From Gemmatimonadales bacterium (GTDB taxonomy: Bacteria > Gemmatimonadota > Gemmatimonadetes > Gemmatimonadales > GWC2-71-9), in NCBI GenBank assembly GCA_041613315.1, contig JBFJHJ010000013.1:6932-70931 (forward strand): DNA of 64,000 nucleotides. The letters are read 5' to 3'. Numbering within the stretch: position 1 is the first letter of the stretch; each line of letters starts with the position of its first letter. The notes below the pieces were generated by a model, which made no database searches, was not told the DNA's origin, and saw only the letters and a program-made list of their open reading frames with translations. Shown piece after piece: positions 29,012 through 39,062 of the stretch. The translations under genes and the position numbers were made by a program.

Positions 29012-29488
29012 CTAGCCGGTGTCCTGGTCGTGCAGTGTCGTGAACTTCTCGATACGGAGCTTGCGCGCGCCCATCGGCAACCGGACTTCGACCATGTCCT
29101 TCACCTGCCTGTCGAGCAGCGCGCGGCCGAGCGGGGACGACACCGATACCTGCCCCGCGTCCACGTCCATGACATCCGGGATGACCAGCTCGTAGTCCTC
29201 CTTCTGCTTGGTGGCGAGGTCCTTGACCGTCACGCGCGACCCCAGTCCCACCCGGTCCTTAGGGATCTTGGAGAGGTCGATCTGCGACAGTTGGGACAGG
29301 CGGGCCCGCAGTTGGTTGAGGCGTAGCTGGACGAACCCCTGTCGCTCGATGGCGGCCTGGTAGTCGCCATTCTCACGGAGGTCACCCATCTCCCGGGCCC
29401 GCCTGAGGGTTTCGGGCAGGGTCACGTGGAGTTCGTGGTTCAGCGCCTCGACTTCGGCGACGAGCTTCGCGCGGACGGCTTCGATCAT
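29012..29488 (-). CDS. greA: Transcription elongation factor, GreA/GreB family
   Basis: AREMGDLRENGDYQAA with both acidic tip residues; VSVSSPLGRALL. Confidence 0.88.
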   Translation of the reverse strand: MIEAVRAKLVAEVEALNHELHVTLPETLRRAREMGDLRENGDYQAAIERQGFVQLRLNQLRARLSQLSQIDLSKIPKDRVGLGSRVTVKDLATKQKEDYELVIPDVMDVDAGQVSVSSPLGRALLDRQVKDMVEVRLPMGARKLRIEKFTTLHDQDTG

Positions 29489-29503
29489 GTCCCAATCTTA
29501 ACG

Positions 29504-29675
29504 GAAAGTCGGGAAGGCGGTAAGCGCGGGAGGGCGGTGGGGCTGGAAGGCGGTAGGAGGGTAAGTGGAGACGCTGGCGGTTGATCCGCGCCGGCCGCTT
29601 GCGCCACTCCCCCACCACCCCCACCTCGTACCGCCCGACCGTCTTACCGCCAGTCTGCTTGCCCGTCCTACCCTC
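29504..29675. repeat. Degenerate 8-nt-period repeat arranged as two inverted arrays (GGCGGTAR ... YTACCGCC)
   Basis: Left units ggcggtaa, gggcggtg, aggcggta, ggagggta (29516-29563); right units gtaccgcc, cgaccgtc, ttaccgcc, tgcccgtc, ctaccctc (29628-29675). Confidence 0.65.
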
Positions 29676-31362
29676 CTGGCCGCACGATCCGGCCCGGCAG
29701 CGCATCCGTGCGGTCCCCGTCCCACAGCGCGAAGCTCCCGTTCACCATGACATGGGGAATGCCCTCGGGATACTGCTGCGGGTGGTCGAACGTGGCGAGG
29801 TCGCGCACCGCAGCCGGGTCAAATACCACCAGATCCGCGAAGGCGCCCGGCCGCACGACGCCGCGCCGCTCCAGCCGGAGTCGTGCCGCCGGCATCCCGC
29901 TCATCTTGTGGATCGCCGTCTCGAGCGGCAGGAGCTTGTGGTCGCGGCAGTAGTGACCGAGCACTCGGGGGAACGTGCCGAAGTTACGGGGATGGGGTGC
30001 TCCCGCGGCAAGGGGGCCCTCCGTCGCGAGGGCCGACCCGTCCGAGCAGACCATGCCGAGCGGGTGGGCCAGGAACTTGGCCGTATTTGCCTCGCTCATC
30101 CCGAACCCCACCATTCCGGCGCGGTTCCGGTCCGCCTTGGTGAGTTGCACGAGCAGGTCGTACGGATCCTGCCCGCGCTCGGCGGCGAGCGCGCCGAGGC
30201 GCCGCCCCCGCGCCCAGGCGAGCGAGTCGGCGCCGGTCGACGAGATGAGCACGGCATCCCACGAGCCGAGCCGGGCGATCTTGTCGAGGACGGCGGCCTT
30301 GAGCTTCGGCGCCGTCATGGGGTCCACGAGCCGCAGCAGGAACGCGTCGGTCCCGCCGTCTTGCGCCCACACTGGGAACAGGAATCCGAGGCCGGTCGCG
30401 TAGGCGACATACGGGTACCGGTCGTAGCTCACGTCGATCCCCCCGGCGCGTGCGGCCTCGAGCGTCTCCAGGACCGGGTCCGCCTTCCACCAGTTGCGCT
30501 TCCCCTCGGCCTTGAGGTGCGAGATGTGGACCGGAACACCGGCGGCGCGGCCCACGTTGAGCGCTTCCTCGATCGCCGCGAACAGGTGGTCGTCTTCGCT
30601 ACGCATGTGCGTGGCGTAGGGCAACCCCGTGCCGCGCAGGACGGACGCCAGGGCCACGAGCTCCGCGAGGTCCGCGAACGCCCCCGGATGGTATTCGAGC
30701 CCGCTTGAGAATCCGCACGCGCCGGCCGCGATCGCGCGCCGCACATGGTCCTGCATCGCAGCGATCTCGGTGTCTGTGGCGGGTCGGGCCGCCTCGCCCA
30801 CCACGAACCCGCGGATCGTTCCGTGCCCCACCATGCTGGCGAAGTTGACCGCCGTCCGGCTGCGCTCGAGACGGCGAAAGAATCCGGGCAGATCGTCGAA
30901 GTCGATCGCGACGCCATAGCGCTCGCGGTACGTGTCGCGTACCTCCGCGGCACGCGCGGCCCGCCAGGGGCCGATGGAGCCGCCGTCCTGCCCCGCCACC
31001 TCGGTCGTCACACCCTGGCGGATCTTGCTGGGCGCGCTGGGATCGATCAGCAGCTCGAAGTCGGTGTGGGAATGGATGTCGATGAACCCCGGAGCGAGAG
31101 CCAGCCCGGCCAGGTTCACCTCTCGGGCGCGGGCCCGCGGCAGGCGGGGCCCGACGGCGGCGATCCGGTCACCCGCGACGGCGACATCGGTCTGCATGGG
31201 TGGGGTGCCGGTGCCGTCGTACACCAGCGGATTCCGCAGGATCACGTCCTCGGCGCGATCGGCCGTCCGCGGCGCGCGGACACCCTGCAGCAGCGGCGCC
31301 GCGGCGAACGCGCCCGCCACGGCGCCGGTCGTCTCGAGAAACCCGCGGCGGCTGACCGTCAC
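29668..31362 (-). CDS. N-acyl-D-amino-acid deacylase family, Tat-exported
   Basis: MTVSRRGFL leader; PGFIDIHSH, THMRSE, HISHLK, HPRNFGTFPR; GTGA overlap with the upstream paralog. Confidence 0.9.
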   Translation of the reverse strand: MTVSRRGFLETTGAVAGAFAAAPLLQGVRAPRTADRAEDVILRNPLVYDGTGTPPMQTDVAVAGDRIAAVGPRLPRARAREVNLAGLALAPGFIDIHSHTDFELLIDPSAPSKIRQGVTTEVAGQDGGSIGPWRAARAAEVRDTYRERYGVAIDFDDLPGFFRRLERSRTAVNFASMVGHGTIRGFVVGEAARPATDTEIAAMQDHVRRAIAAGACGFSSGLEYHPGAFADLAELVALASVLRGTGLPYATHMRSEDDHLFAAIEEALNVGRAAGVPVHISHLKAEGKRNWWKADPVLETLEAARAGGIDVSYDRYPYVAYATGLGFLFPVWAQDGGTDAFLLRLVDPMTAPKLKAAVLDKIARLGSWDAVLISSTGADSLAWARGRRLGALAAERGQDPYDLLVQLTKADRNRAGMVGFGMSEANTAKFLAHPLGMVCSDGSALATEGPLAAGAPHPRNFGTFPRVLGHYCRDHKLLPLETAIHKMSGMPAARLRLERRGVVRPGAFADLVVFDPAAVRDLATFDHPQQYPEGIPHVMVNGSFALWDGDRTDALPGRIVRPGG

Positions 31363-33047
31363 GGAGCGCCGGCGGCGGTCTTCCACCCCGTCCATCCGGG
31401 CCCCCGCACGACACGTCCCGGTGTGGCCCCCGTGTGCTCGCCGTCGCGCAGCACCTGCACGCCGTTCACGAACACGTCCCGCACACCCGTCGCCAGCTGG
31501 TGCGGTTGGTCGAACGTGGCATGGTCCTGAATGCCCGCGGGGTCGAAGACCACGACGTCGGCGTAGAACCCGGGCGCGAGCGTCCCGCGCTTGCGGATCT
31601 TGAGGTTCGCCGCCGGGAACGACGTGAGTCGGCGCACCGCGTCCTCGAGCGTGGTCACCTTCTCGTCGCGCACGTACCGGCCCAGGAGCCGCGCGAAGTT
31701 GCCGTAGGCCCGGGGATGGGTGCTGGACTTGAGGAAGACGCCCTCCGGTGTCATCGAGCCGGCGTCGGACCCGAAGGCCACCCACGGAAGCGCGATCTCC
31801 CGTTTCACGTTCTCCTCGCTCATCAGGAAGTACACCGACCCGACCCGGCTGTCATCCAGGATCACCAGGTCAATCGCGGTCTCCTCCGGCGAGGTCCCAC
31901 GCATTCTCGCGACGTCGGCCAGCGTCTTCCCCGTGAGCGGCTTGAGCGAGTCGGTCTTGAACCCGACCAGGAGCACCTGGTCCGGGCCCGCGGCGAGATA
32001 GAGGTTCTCCCAGCGATCCGTCGGCGTGGACATCTCGCGGATGACGCGCCGGCGGATCGCCGGATCTTTGAGTCGCGCGACCCATTGATCGTGGCCCCCC
32101 TCCTGGACCCACGGAGGCATCGCGGCGTCCAGGCCCGTCGAGCCGGCGGTGTAGGTGTACATATCGGCGGTGATGTGCAGGCCGCTCGCCCGGGCGTCTT
32201 CGACCTTCTTGATGAGCGCGTCCAGCTTGCCCCAATTGGACCGCCCGGCCGCCTTCAGGTGGTAGATCTCCGCTCGAATCCCCGCGTCCTTGGCGATGCG
32301 CAGCAGCTCGTCTACCGCCTCGAGCAACCGATTGCCCTCGCTCCGCATGTGGGAGATGTACATCCCGTCGTATTCGGCCGCGACGCGCGACAGGGCGATC
32401 AGCTCGGGTGTCTGGGCGTAGAACGCTGGCGCGTAGATGAGGGACGACCCCACGCCGAGGGCCCCGTCTTCCATGGCCCGCCGCACCAGCGCCTGCATGC
32501 GGCCGAGCTCCTCGGCGGTGGGCGGCCGGTTGTCATGGCCCAGCTCGTGGATGCGAACCGTCGTCGCTCCCACAAAGGACGCGACGTTTGGGCTGATGCC
32601 GCGCTGGACGAGGTGGTCCAGGTAGGCGGCGAGGGTGGTCCAGGGGATGTCGAACTTGATGTCGCCCTGCTGGGCGATCACTTCCTGCCGCATCTTGTCG
32701 TTCAGCGGCCCCATGGACCAGCCCTCGCCGAACACCTCGAGCGTCACGCCCTGCTTGGTGTCCCCCAGCGAGCGGCCATCTTCGATCAACGACTCGGTCG
32801 CCCAGCTCAGCATGTTGATGAACCCCGGGGTCACGGCCATGCCGGCGGCGTCGATCTCCGTGCGGGCGCGGCCCTCCACCGTTCCCCCCACGGCGACGAT
32901 CGTGTCGCCCTTGATCGCGACGTCGCCCACGATCGGTGCGGCGCCGCTTCCGTCGTAGATCGTGCCGCCGCGGATGACCACGTCGTAGGGGGGGGCGCAG
33001 GCGGCGACGAAGGCGAGCAGGGTAAGGGAGGCGAGAGCATGGCGCAT
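31359..33047 (-). CDS. N-acyl-D-amino-acid deacylase family lipoprotein
   Basis: FVAAC lipobox; PGFINMLSW, SHMRSEG, YHLKAAG, HPRAYGNFAR. Confidence 0.9.
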   Translation of the reverse strand: MRHALASLTLLAFVAACAPPYDVVIRGGTIYDGSGAAPIVGDVAIKGDTIVAVGGTVEGRARTEIDAAGMAVTPGFINMLSWATESLIEDGRSLGDTKQGVTLEVFGEGWSMGPLNDKMRQEVIAQQGDIKFDIPWTTLAAYLDHLVQRGISPNVASFVGATTVRIHELGHDNRPPTAEELGRMQALVRRAMEDGALGVGSSLIYAPAFYAQTPELIALSRVAAEYDGMYISHMRSEGNRLLEAVDELLRIAKDAGIRAEIYHLKAAGRSNWGKLDALIKKVEDARASGLHITADMYTYTAGSTGLDAAMPPWVQEGGHDQWVARLKDPAIRRRVIREMSTPTDRWENLYLAAGPDQVLLVGFKTDSLKPLTGKTLADVARMRGTSPEETAIDLVILDDSRVGSVYFLMSEENVKREIALPWVAFGSDAGSMTPEGVFLKSSTHPRAYGNFARLLGRYVRDEKVTTLEDAVRRLTSFPAANLKIRKRGTLAPGFYADVVVFDPAGIQDHATFDQPHQLATGVRDVFVNGVQVLRDGEHTGATPGRVVRGPGWTGWKTAAGAP

Positions 33048-33148
33048 GGTGGCGATCCTCGATTCAGGCGCGTGACGCAACGCGAGGGCGGTGAGCGGAC
33101 GGTTCGACTCGAGGGAAGATAGAGCGGAGGCAGGATGGCCGCGAGGCG

Positions 33149-33925
33149 TCAGTAATGTCCCAAGAGGCCACGGTTCCGTGCGACACGCTCGAACAGCTTG
33201 AAGACCGCGAACCCCCCGCCGAAATAGACCGTCGCGTTCCCGACCAGCAACGCCACATCGGCTGCGGGGAGCCCGAGGAGGGACGTGCCGTCGATCATCG
33301 CGCGCCCGAGCAGGTCCGTTCCCCACGCGAGCGGGAGATATTTGACGGCGGGAAAGGTATCCACGGGCGCCGCGATGAGCGCAAAGAACAGGAATTGCAG
33401 AATTCCCAGTGCAGCCTGGATCTGCTTGAACACGATCGCCAGTCCGCCCATCAAGAAGCCGAGGCCCTGGGCGCTGGCGACCGTGAGCACGAGCAGGGGG
33501 ATCACGGTCGGCAAGTCGAACGAGAGCCAGCGCCCGGTCGTTGCCATCATGGCGACGAGCAGGACGACCATGATGCCCACGCGGAACGCGAGGGCCGCGA
33601 AGATCCGGGCGAGGAGCACGCGCCCGAACCCCAGCGGCGACATGGACAGTTGCTCCAACGTGCCCTGTTGCGCTTCCTGCACCAAGACCCAGGACAGCTC
33701 GGCGTACGCGTAAATCGTCAGATAGAAGACCGTGAACCCCACGATAATGCCGGCGAGCGTATCGCCGAACTGCGCCGAGCCGCCCACGAACGTGCGGGCT
33801 CCCCAGAACACCATCAGGAAGACGAGGTAGAAGGACACGAGCATCGACAGCGTGTTGAACGCGTAGCGCCGGAGCTCGATGGCGTAGCGCTTGAACATCG
33901 CCTTCAGCATGACGAGTGTGCGCAT
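33149..33925 (-). CDS. ABC-2 type exporter permease
   Basis: About 6 TM segments; EAQQGTLEQL..SP motif; adjacent to the ATPase. Confidence 0.85.
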   Translation of the reverse strand: MRTLVMLKAMFKRYAIELRRYAFNTLSMLVSFYLVFLMVFWGARTFVGGSAQFGDTLAGIIVGFTVFYLTIYAYAELSWVLVQEAQQGTLEQLSMSPLGFGRVLLARIFAALAFRVGIMVVLLVAMMATTGRWLSFDLPTVIPLLVLTVASAQGLGFLMGGLAIVFKQIQAALGILQFLFFALIAAPVDTFPAVKYLPLAWGTDLLGRAMIDGTSLLGLPAADVALLVGNATVYFGGGFAVFKLFERVARNRGLLGHY

Positions 33926-34882
33926 CTACCGCTGCCGTCGCACGATCGTGAGGAAGATTTCTTCGAGATCGGGATCCTGCCGGTCGATGCTCTCCACGAC
34001 GCACCCGCCGGCGCGGAGGATGTCCATCAGGTCGTACAGCCCTTCCGTCCGAAGGAGCTCCACCTCGAACTCCGTCGTGTGGTCCGTGTGCCGCACGTGG
34101 AGCAACTCGAAGCGGGCTTCCAGCGTACGCCGGACGGGGTCCGGGAGCCGCTCCTCGAGGCGGAACCGGTAGGCCCGGGCCCGGAACAACGAAAGCAGGT
34201 TGGCGACCCGGTCGTCGGTCACCACGCGCCCCTCGTTGATGATGATGACGCGGTCGCACACGTCCTGCACGACGTTCATGTCATGAGTGGAGAGCAGCAC
34301 GGTCCGCTCGCCCCGGCGCGCCATGTCCTTGAGTGCCTGCCGCAGCTCGTGCGAGGTCTCGACGTCGAGCCCGAGCGTGGGCTCGTCGAGCAGGAGGATC
34401 TCGGTCTGCTTCACCAGCGAGCAGGCGACCGCGAGCTTCTGCTGCATGCCGCGCGAGAGCATCCGGGCGGAGACCCGGGCTTTGGCGCCGAGGTCGAAGA
34501 GGTCGATCAGCTCATCGATGTAGGGCCGGACGCGGCGCGTGGGGATCCCCTGGAGCCCCGAGAAGAACTCGAGGTTTTCTCGCGGACTGAGCCGCCAGTA
34601 GATGTTGCGGTTTCCCTCGAGCACGGCGGCGATCTTTTCCAATGCCCGGCGCGGATGGGTGAGCGCGTCGAATCCCGCGATCGTGACGCGCCCCCCGGTC
34701 GGCCGCACCAACGTGCACAGACACTTGATCGCCGTGGATTTCCCCGCGCCGTTCGGCCCCAGCAGGCCGACGACCTCGCCGCGCTGAATCGCGAAGCTCA
34801 CGTGGTCGAGCGCGACGACGGTGCCACGGCGCGAGCCGTAGGTCTTGCTCAGCTCCTGGACGGCGACGATCGGTTCGGACAC
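33926..34882 (-). CDS. ABC-2 type exporter ATP-binding protein
   Basis: GPNGAGKST, LSRGMQQK, LLLDEPT, STH. Confidence 0.95.
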   Translation of the reverse strand: MSEPIVAVQELSKTYGSRRGTVVALDHVSFAIQRGEVVGLLGPNGAGKSTAIKCLCTLVRPTGGRVTIAGFDALTHPRRALEKIAAVLEGNRNIYWRLSPRENLEFFSGLQGIPTRRVRPYIDELIDLFDLGAKARVSARMLSRGMQQKLAVACSLVKQTEILLLDEPTLGLDVETSHELRQALKDMARRGERTVLLSTHDMNVVQDVCDRVIIINEGRVVTDDRVANLLSLFRARAYRFRLEERLPDPVRRTLEARFELLHVRHTDHTTEFEVELLRTEGLYDLMDILRAGGCVVESIDRQDPDLEEIFLTIVRRQR

Positions 34883-34903
34883 GCTGGATGCCGCGAGCGG
34901 GTC

Positions 34904-36097
34904 TCAGAAGCGTGCGTCGAGGAGCGCCACCCGGATACCCGGCCTGACGGTGGTGCGCCCGTCGGGCCGGACGGTGCGGATCGCCGTGGGAATGGGCGTT
35001 GGGAAGCCGACGCCAGGGTCGCGCCCGAGTCGAAGCAGGGCGCCGCTGAAGTCGGTGTCGCCGCCCCGGCGATCGCGGTCGCCGCTCTCCCGGTCGCCCG
35101 TGGCGGCGTATCCCGCGATGAGCCCCACGACGCTGAGCACCAGCGGAGGCGTGATGATCACCTGGTCGTCGCTGGGATCGATCAACAGATCGACCCCCAG
35201 GCCGGCGACCAGTCCCGCGACCCCGGCGATGCTCGCGAGCCGGACGCGGCCGCCGCTCAGATCTTTCCCTCGACCAGCGAGGATCGCGGACAGCAGCCCG
35301 ACGTTGCCGCCCACGAGCGTCCAGAGGAGTCGATCCTCATCATCGTCGAGGTCCGCGAGCACCGATCCGGCGAAGCCGTACCAGACGCCCCACCAGGCGG
35401 CGTGGTTGGCGAGGGTGGCGCGACCCGGGTGCGGATCCGAGAGTCCAGCGATCGCGAAGCCGGCGCTGAGCCCGGCCAGGCCGCCCACCACGGCGGCCGC
35501 GAACGGCGCTTCGTCGGGCGTCGAGGTGTATTGGGAGCATGTGCCGTTGCAGAACTCGAAGGTCTCGTCCCCGATGCCCAGCACCTCCCGCCATCCGATT
35601 GCCTGAAACGTGCCCCACTGGCTGGCGAAGATGATGGCGGTCGCCTGCCCCGAGGCCACCGACGTCGACCGGGCATACGCGCGGGTACCGATAAACCCAA
35701 GTGGGGCACCGACGAGGAGCCCCGCGCCGTAGGGCTCCGTCCCGTTTGCCCCCAACGCCGCGGGCACCGCGAGGCCAAGCCACGCCCCGAACAACGTGTT
35801 CCAGACCGTGAGGGGCACCGACCCGCTCCCCGCCGCCCGGAGGCGGCGTATGCCGGCGAGTCGCTGCTCGGCGTCCCGGGCGGCGGGTGTGCCCGGATAG
35901 CGCCGGATGATGAAGCGCAGCAGCTCATCGGCCAGCTCGCGGTGGCCTTCGAGCTCGGCCTGCCGCGCCGCGTCGGCCAGGATCGCGGCGGTGTCCGCCG
36001 GCGTCTGCCCGGCGAGCGGCGCGGGAAGGAAGGCGAGCGCGGCAGCGAGCCCCAGACCCGCCATCCAGCGACGGACCATCGTCATAGTGATCCCCAT
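34904..36097 (-). CDS. Hypothetical exported/membrane protein with short TPR-like segment and repeated Gly-rich hydrophobic helices
   Basis: Signal peptide, IIRRYPGTPAARDA, many GxxxG helices, C-terminal Phe. Confidence 0.6.
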   Translation of the reverse strand: MGITMTMVRRWMAGLGLAAALAFLPAPLAGQTPADTAAILADAARQAELEGHRELADELLRFIIRRYPGTPAARDAEQRLAGIRRLRAAGSGSVPLTVWNTLFGAWLGLAVPAALGANGTEPYGAGLLVGAPLGFIGTRAYARSTSVASGQATAIIFASQWGTFQAIGWREVLGIGDETFEFCNGTCSQYTSTPDEAPFAAAVVGGLAGLSAGFAIAGLSDPHPGRATLANHAAWWGVWYGFAGSVLADLDDDEDRLLWTLVGGNVGLLSAILAGRGKDLSGGRVRLASIAGVAGLVAGLGVDLLIDPSDDQVIITPPLVLSVVGLIAGYAATGDRESGDRDRRGGDTDFSGALLRLGRDPGVGFPTPIPTAIRTVRPDGRTTVRPGIRVALLDARF

Positions 36098-36143
36098 GTG
36101 GGTGGCGGATAGGATACACCGCGCCCGGTTCGGGGCTCCCTAT

Positions 36144-36614
36144 TCAGAACCCGCCGCCGGCCCCGCCGCCTTTCTTTGCGGCCAGCATTGCGTCCACCGA
36201 CAGATGGGTCGGGCCGCGGAGCATCAGCGCGGCGAGCCCCGCGATGTACAGCAAGTTCACTTCCCAGCCGGGTAGCCCGAACTGGAGCCCCTGTTCCGTC
36301 ATGCCGGTGATGTTCAAGAAGTTGAAGCCGGCCGACCAATGGACCGTGAACATCGCCACGACCATCTCCACGATGAGCACGGCCGCGACGACCGTCGTGT
36401 AGGCGCCCAGGATGAGGGCGAGCCCGCCCAACACTTCCGCCACGGTCACGAGCCAGGCCGTAATGCCGGGCGCGGGCACGCCGATCATCTGCAGCATCCC
36501 CACGAACCCGTCATGGCCGCCGCCCGTGAACTTGGGGAGGCCGTGATAGAGAAAGCCGATTCCCAGGACGAGCCTGAGGGGCATGGGTGCCCACTTGCTC
36601 CACGACGCATTCAT
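36144..36614 (-). CDS. DoxX-family membrane protein
   Basis: LRLVLGIGFLYHGLPKF, AEVLGGLALILG, GWEVNLL. Confidence 0.88.
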   Translation of the reverse strand: MNASWSKWAPMPLRLVLGIGFLYHGLPKFTGGGHDGFVGMLQMIGVPAPGITAWLVTVAEVLGGLALILGAYTTVVAAVLIVEMVVAMFTVHWSAGFNFLNITGMTEQGLQFGLPGWEVNLLYIAGLAALMLRGPTHLSVDAMLAAKKGGGAGGGF

Positions 36615-36669
36615 GCTGTGTGCCTCCGATGTGAAAGTGTGCGTTGCACCGCGCATATGTATGCGGCGC

Positions 36670-38388
36670 TCACTCCGTGAACTGGGCCGGTCGGCGGCGG
36701 TGGAAGTCGGTCGCGTCTTGGTATGCCTTGGCCCCCGCCAACAACTCCGCCTCGCCGTACAGCTTCCCGATGAACGAGATGCTCACCGGTGTGCCGTCGT
36801 CCCGGAACCCGTGGGGCAACGTCACCGCCGGATGGCCGGTCAGGTTCGTCGTGAGCAGCACGCTGCCGCCGTAGGACGGCGTGACGAACAGGTCCACCCC
36901 GTCCATCACCGCGTCCATCGCTCCCATGAGCATGGTCCGGACCCGGTTGGCCTGGAGGTACTCGACCGCGGGGATGAGCCGGGACTGGCGGAACACATTG
37001 GGCCAGGCATTCCGGATCTGCCGGACGAGGAGATCGTCCCGGTCCGAGCGCGTGAGCTCGTCGAACGCTGCCGCCGCCTCGACGTTCAGAATGATGCGGA
37101 GGGCGTCCACGGGGTACTGGTCCGGCAGCTCCACCGGTACCAACTCCACCCCCAGGGACCGGAGCACCCCCAACGCGCGCATGTCGAAGCTCTTCCAGTC
37201 GTGGTCCGCCTCGAAGGCGCTCCGGTAGTAGCCGATTCGGAGGCTGGTGACGGGAGGGTGGGGATCCCAATCGAACGGCAGTGTCCGCGCGGTGGGGTCA
37301 TGACCGTCGGCGCCATGGATCGCGTCGAACACGAGGGCGCAGTCCTCCACGTAGCGGCCGAGCGGCCCCAACTTGTCCATGCTCCACGAAAGCGCCATCG
37401 CTCCGTACCGGCTTACGCGCCCGAAGGTGGGGCGCAAGCCGGTCGCGCCGCAACGGGTCGCGGGAGAGACGATGGAGCCCAGGGTCTCGCTGCCGATGCT
37501 GAATCCCACGAGCCCCGCCACGGTGGCTGAGGCGGAACCCGCGGACGAGCCGCTCGACCCTTGCTCCAGGTTCCACGGGTTCCGGGTCCGGCCGCCGAAC
37601 CACACGTCGCCCCATGCGAGGGCGCCAAGGGTGAGCTTGGCGATCAGCACCGCGCCGGCGGCTTCGAGCCGACGCACGACGGTCGCGTCGTAGGGGATGG
37701 TCTGGTCCTCGTACGGCTTCGCGCCCCACGTGGTGCGGTACGCGTCCTCGGCGAGCAGGTCTTTGGCGCCCCAGGGAATTCCGTGGAGCGGCCCACGATA
37801 GAGGCCGCGCGCGATCTCCTGATCGGCGCGCCGCGCTTGCGTGAGTGCCAGCTCCTCGGTGAGCGTGATGACGCACTCGAGCTTGGGGCCGTAGCGCGTG
37901 AGTCGCTCCAGGTACATGCGGGTCAGCTCGAGGGAGGAGACCTGGCGGCTCCGGACCAGCTCCGCGAGGTCGGTGAGTGACCAGAACGCCACCTGCTCGA
38001 GCGCGGACGGGCGCGTCACCGCCGGGCGGCGGGTGCGCCGAGCCGCGCGCCGGGCTTGGGGGGCGGCCCGGCCGGGCAGGGCGGGATCGAAGAGCAGCGC
38101 CGGGTAGGTCTCGTTGGGGATCGCGACGGTTCGGAGCTTCCGGTAGGCCTCGAGGTTCTCGTTCAGGCCTTCGAGCATCAGCTCGCGTTCGGCGTCGGTG
38201 AATCGGAGGCCGGCGACGGCTTCCGCGTCCGCCAACATCTCTTTGGTGATCGTGCCGGCCTGCTGCGCCAGACCCCACAGCACCCCCGGGAGGGCCGTGC
38301 CCCCGAGGCCGGCTGCCGCGAAATACGCCACGAAGCGGCGACGGTCGATCGGGAAGCGGACGCGCGCGGCCAGCCTGGGGTCGGTCAT
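36670..38388 (-). CDS. Amidase-signature family enzyme with Tat-like leader
   Basis: DRRRF leader; KDL, GSSGSSAGS, GSETLGSIVSP (Lys-Ser-Ser triad). Confidence 0.92.
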   Translation of the reverse strand: MTDPRLAARVRFPIDRRRFVAYFAAAGLGGTALPGVLWGLAQQAGTITKEMLADAEAVAGLRFTDAERELMLEGLNENLEAYRKLRTVAIPNETYPALLFDPALPGRAAPQARRAARRTRRPAVTRPSALEQVAFWSLTDLAELVRSRQVSSLELTRMYLERLTRYGPKLECVITLTEELALTQARRADQEIARGLYRGPLHGIPWGAKDLLAEDAYRTTWGAKPYEDQTIPYDATVVRRLEAAGAVLIAKLTLGALAWGDVWFGGRTRNPWNLEQGSSGSSAGSASATVAGLVGFSIGSETLGSIVSPATRCGATGLRPTFGRVSRYGAMALSWSMDKLGPLGRYVEDCALVFDAIHGADGHDPTARTLPFDWDPHPPVTSLRIGYYRSAFEADHDWKSFDMRALGVLRSLGVELVPVELPDQYPVDALRIILNVEAAAAFDELTRSDRDDLLVRQIRNAWPNVFRQSRLIPAVEYLQANRVRTMLMGAMDAVMDGVDLFVTPSYGGSVLLTTNLTGHPAVTLPHGFRDDGTPVSISFIGKLYGEAELLAGAKAYQDATDFHRRRPAQFTE

Positions 38389-38541
38389 AGGGGTTCCGCG
38401 GATCGGGGGAATCGGAATGCGACTCGGCCCTATCCTGCGGTCCGGCCCCGGCGAAGGCAAGCGTGGTTCGGGAGGGTTCGGCGCAGCGCAGGCCCGGCGC
38501 CGTGCAGCGCCGCGCCCGCGGCCGGGCAAACGGATCGACCG

Positions 38542-38952
38542 CTATGCGGTCACCCGCTCGAGCACACGCCCCATTCGCGAGCGGACCTCCTGTGCCAGCG
38601 GCTCGATGTCGGTGTTGCCGGTGAGCTCGAGCTGCCGGACGGGATCGAGTGCCGCCACGACACTGGTGCTCGGGTCATCACCCTGATACACGATCACGTT
38701 GCACGGGAGGAGGAGCCCGATGTCGCGCTCGTGCGAGAGGGCCTGGTGCGCGAGCGGCGGGTTGCAGGCGCCCAGGATGATGTAGGGTCGGAACTCCACG
38801 TCGAGTTTCTTCTTCAGTGTCGCCTTCACGTCGATCTCGGTCAGCACGCCGAAGCCCTGCGCTGCGAGTTCCTCACGCGTCCGCTCGACCGCCTGCTCGT
38901 AGCGGAGCGGGACCGTGACGCTGAGCCCGTACGTGGATGCGTTTGTCGTCAT
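38542..38952 (-). CDS. DUF302 family protein
   Basis: GFGVLTEIDV, ILGACNP, IGLLLPCNV; GGGAGG RBS. Confidence 0.9.
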   Translation of the reverse strand: MTTNASTYGLSVTVPLRYEQAVERTREELAAQGFGVLTEIDVKATLKKKLDVEFRPYIILGACNPPLAHQALSHERDIGLLLPCNVIVYQGDDPSTSVVAALDPVRQLELTGNTDIEPLAQEVRSRMGRVLERVTA

Positions 38953-39062
38953 GGATGCCTCCCACTTGCCGGTGTTCACGGCAGCATGGCTCGCCGCCGG
39001 TGAAGCCCCACGGAATCTTCTATGAAAGGTATATGGGGATCGACGGCGATGTGGCGTCCAAG

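Noticed and set aside
29504..29675. CRISPR array
   Set aside because: Units are 8 nt and degenerate, with no unique spacers and no cas genes
31359..34259. 966-aa ORF as one protein (likewise 29668..31785 and 13979..15523)
   Set aside because: The N-terminal extensions are Arg/Pro-rich off-frame readings of neighbouring genes; real starts are 33047, 31362 and 15161
33155..36112. 985-aa plus-strand ORF and other long antisense ORFs (e.g. 44258..46387, 48935..50860, 59524..61368, 61297..63054)
   Set aside because: They shadow well-supported genes on the opposite strand, show no motifs, and are expected in high-GC DNA where stops are rare
39011..39040. CsoR-type operator upstream of the DUF302 gene
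   Set aside because: Only a GGTATAT half-site in an AT-rich patch; no convincing inverted partner
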